Positions 22,477 to 64,000 of a stretch of DNA of 64,000 bases are shown here, piece by piece. This DNA is from the human T2T-CHM13v2.0 reference genome, Homo sapiens, in the NCBI RefSeq assembly GCF_009914755.1, contig NC_060927.1; one strand, given 5' to 3'. A program made the position numbers and the translations under genes. The notes under the pieces are model-generated. The model made no database searches. It saw nothing but the letters and a program-made list of their open reading frames with translations, and was not told the DNA's origin. Numbering within the stretch: position 1 is the first letter of the stretch; each line of letters starts with the position of its first letter.

Positions 22477-23030
22477 TGTATTATTCTGGGGTCTCTAGAG
22501 GCAAAGAACTACTAGGATAGATGTATATATGAAGGGGAGCTTATTAAAGAGTACTGACTTACACCATCACAAGATGAAGTCCCAAACTAGGCCTTCTGCA
22601 AGGTGAGGAGCAAGGAAGACAGTCTGAGTCCCAAAATCTCAAAACTAGGGAAGCCAACAGTGCAGCCTTCAGTCTGTGACCAAAGGCCTGAGAGCCCCTG
22701 GCAAACCACTGGTGTAAGTCCAAGAGTCCAAAAGCTGAGGAACTTGGAGTCTGATGTTCGAGGTCAGGAAGCAGCCAGAACAGGAGAAAGTTGAAAGCTG
22801 GAAGACTCAGCAAGTCTGCTCGTTCCACCTTCCTCTGCCTGCTTTATCCTAGCTGCGCTGGCTGCTGATTAGATGGTGCCCATCCAGGTTGAGGGTGAGT
22901 CTGCCTCTCCCAGTCCACTGACTCAAATGTTAATCTCCTTTGGCAACACCCACACTGACAACACCCAGGAACAATACTTTGCGTCCTTCAATCCAATCAA
23001 GCTGACCCTTGATTGATACTAGCCATCACA
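22477..23030 (-). mobile_element. MLT2A-type (HERV-L) solo LTR immediately downstream of ERICH6
   Basis: Minus strand starts tgtgatggctag...cttgattggattgaagg; TSD-like ctccc/ctcct. Confidence 0.85.
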
Positions 23031-23116
23031 CTCCTGATCCTCCCACCCCAAAAAAACTTCAACCAAAAAAACCCAAAAAAATTCAACAAAACAAATGAAA
23101 GCACCATCATTCTTAG

Positions 23117-62148
<39,032 letters not shown>

Positions 62149-62309
62149 CTATATAGTTGTTAGCAGGTCTTCTAAACATCGAACATTTAATAATCAATTA
62201 ATTAATGCACGTAGAAAATATTTTGTTTTCTTTGAAATATTTTCTTCCATTTTTATCTTTTCAGTAAAGTTAACTCAGTGTGTTTGCATCAAATCTTTTT
62301 TTGGGGGGA

Positions 62310-64000
<1,691 letters not shown>

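Overview
Primate (human-like) genomic DNA, densely filled with Alu, L1, L2/MIR, LTR and DNA-transposon repeats. The only protein-coding gene I can support is on the minus strand. Twelve GT-AG exons between 62116 and 23117 splice in frame (1531 nt; 509 codons plus stop) into the C-terminal part of a FAM194-domain protein that I recognise as ERICH6 (FAM194A). Its 5' exons lie beyond the window's right end, and exon numbers below are from memory and provisional. Positions 1-23000 are repeat-rich 3' flank. Most ORFs in the supplied track are Alu/L1 artefacts. The most notable observations are: a U12-type (minor spliceosome) intron inside the FAM194 domain; a poly(A) signal embedded in the last codons, implying an ultra-short 3'UTR; a MER4 provirus with mismatched LTRs inside a mostly deleted MaLR provirus; a Tc1-like transposase fossil with TIRs; and a ~160-bp dispersed duplication of apparently unique intronic DNA. 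I found no evidence for a wholly new biological system. Repeat subfamily names are by eye and need RepeatMasker/Dfam confirmation.
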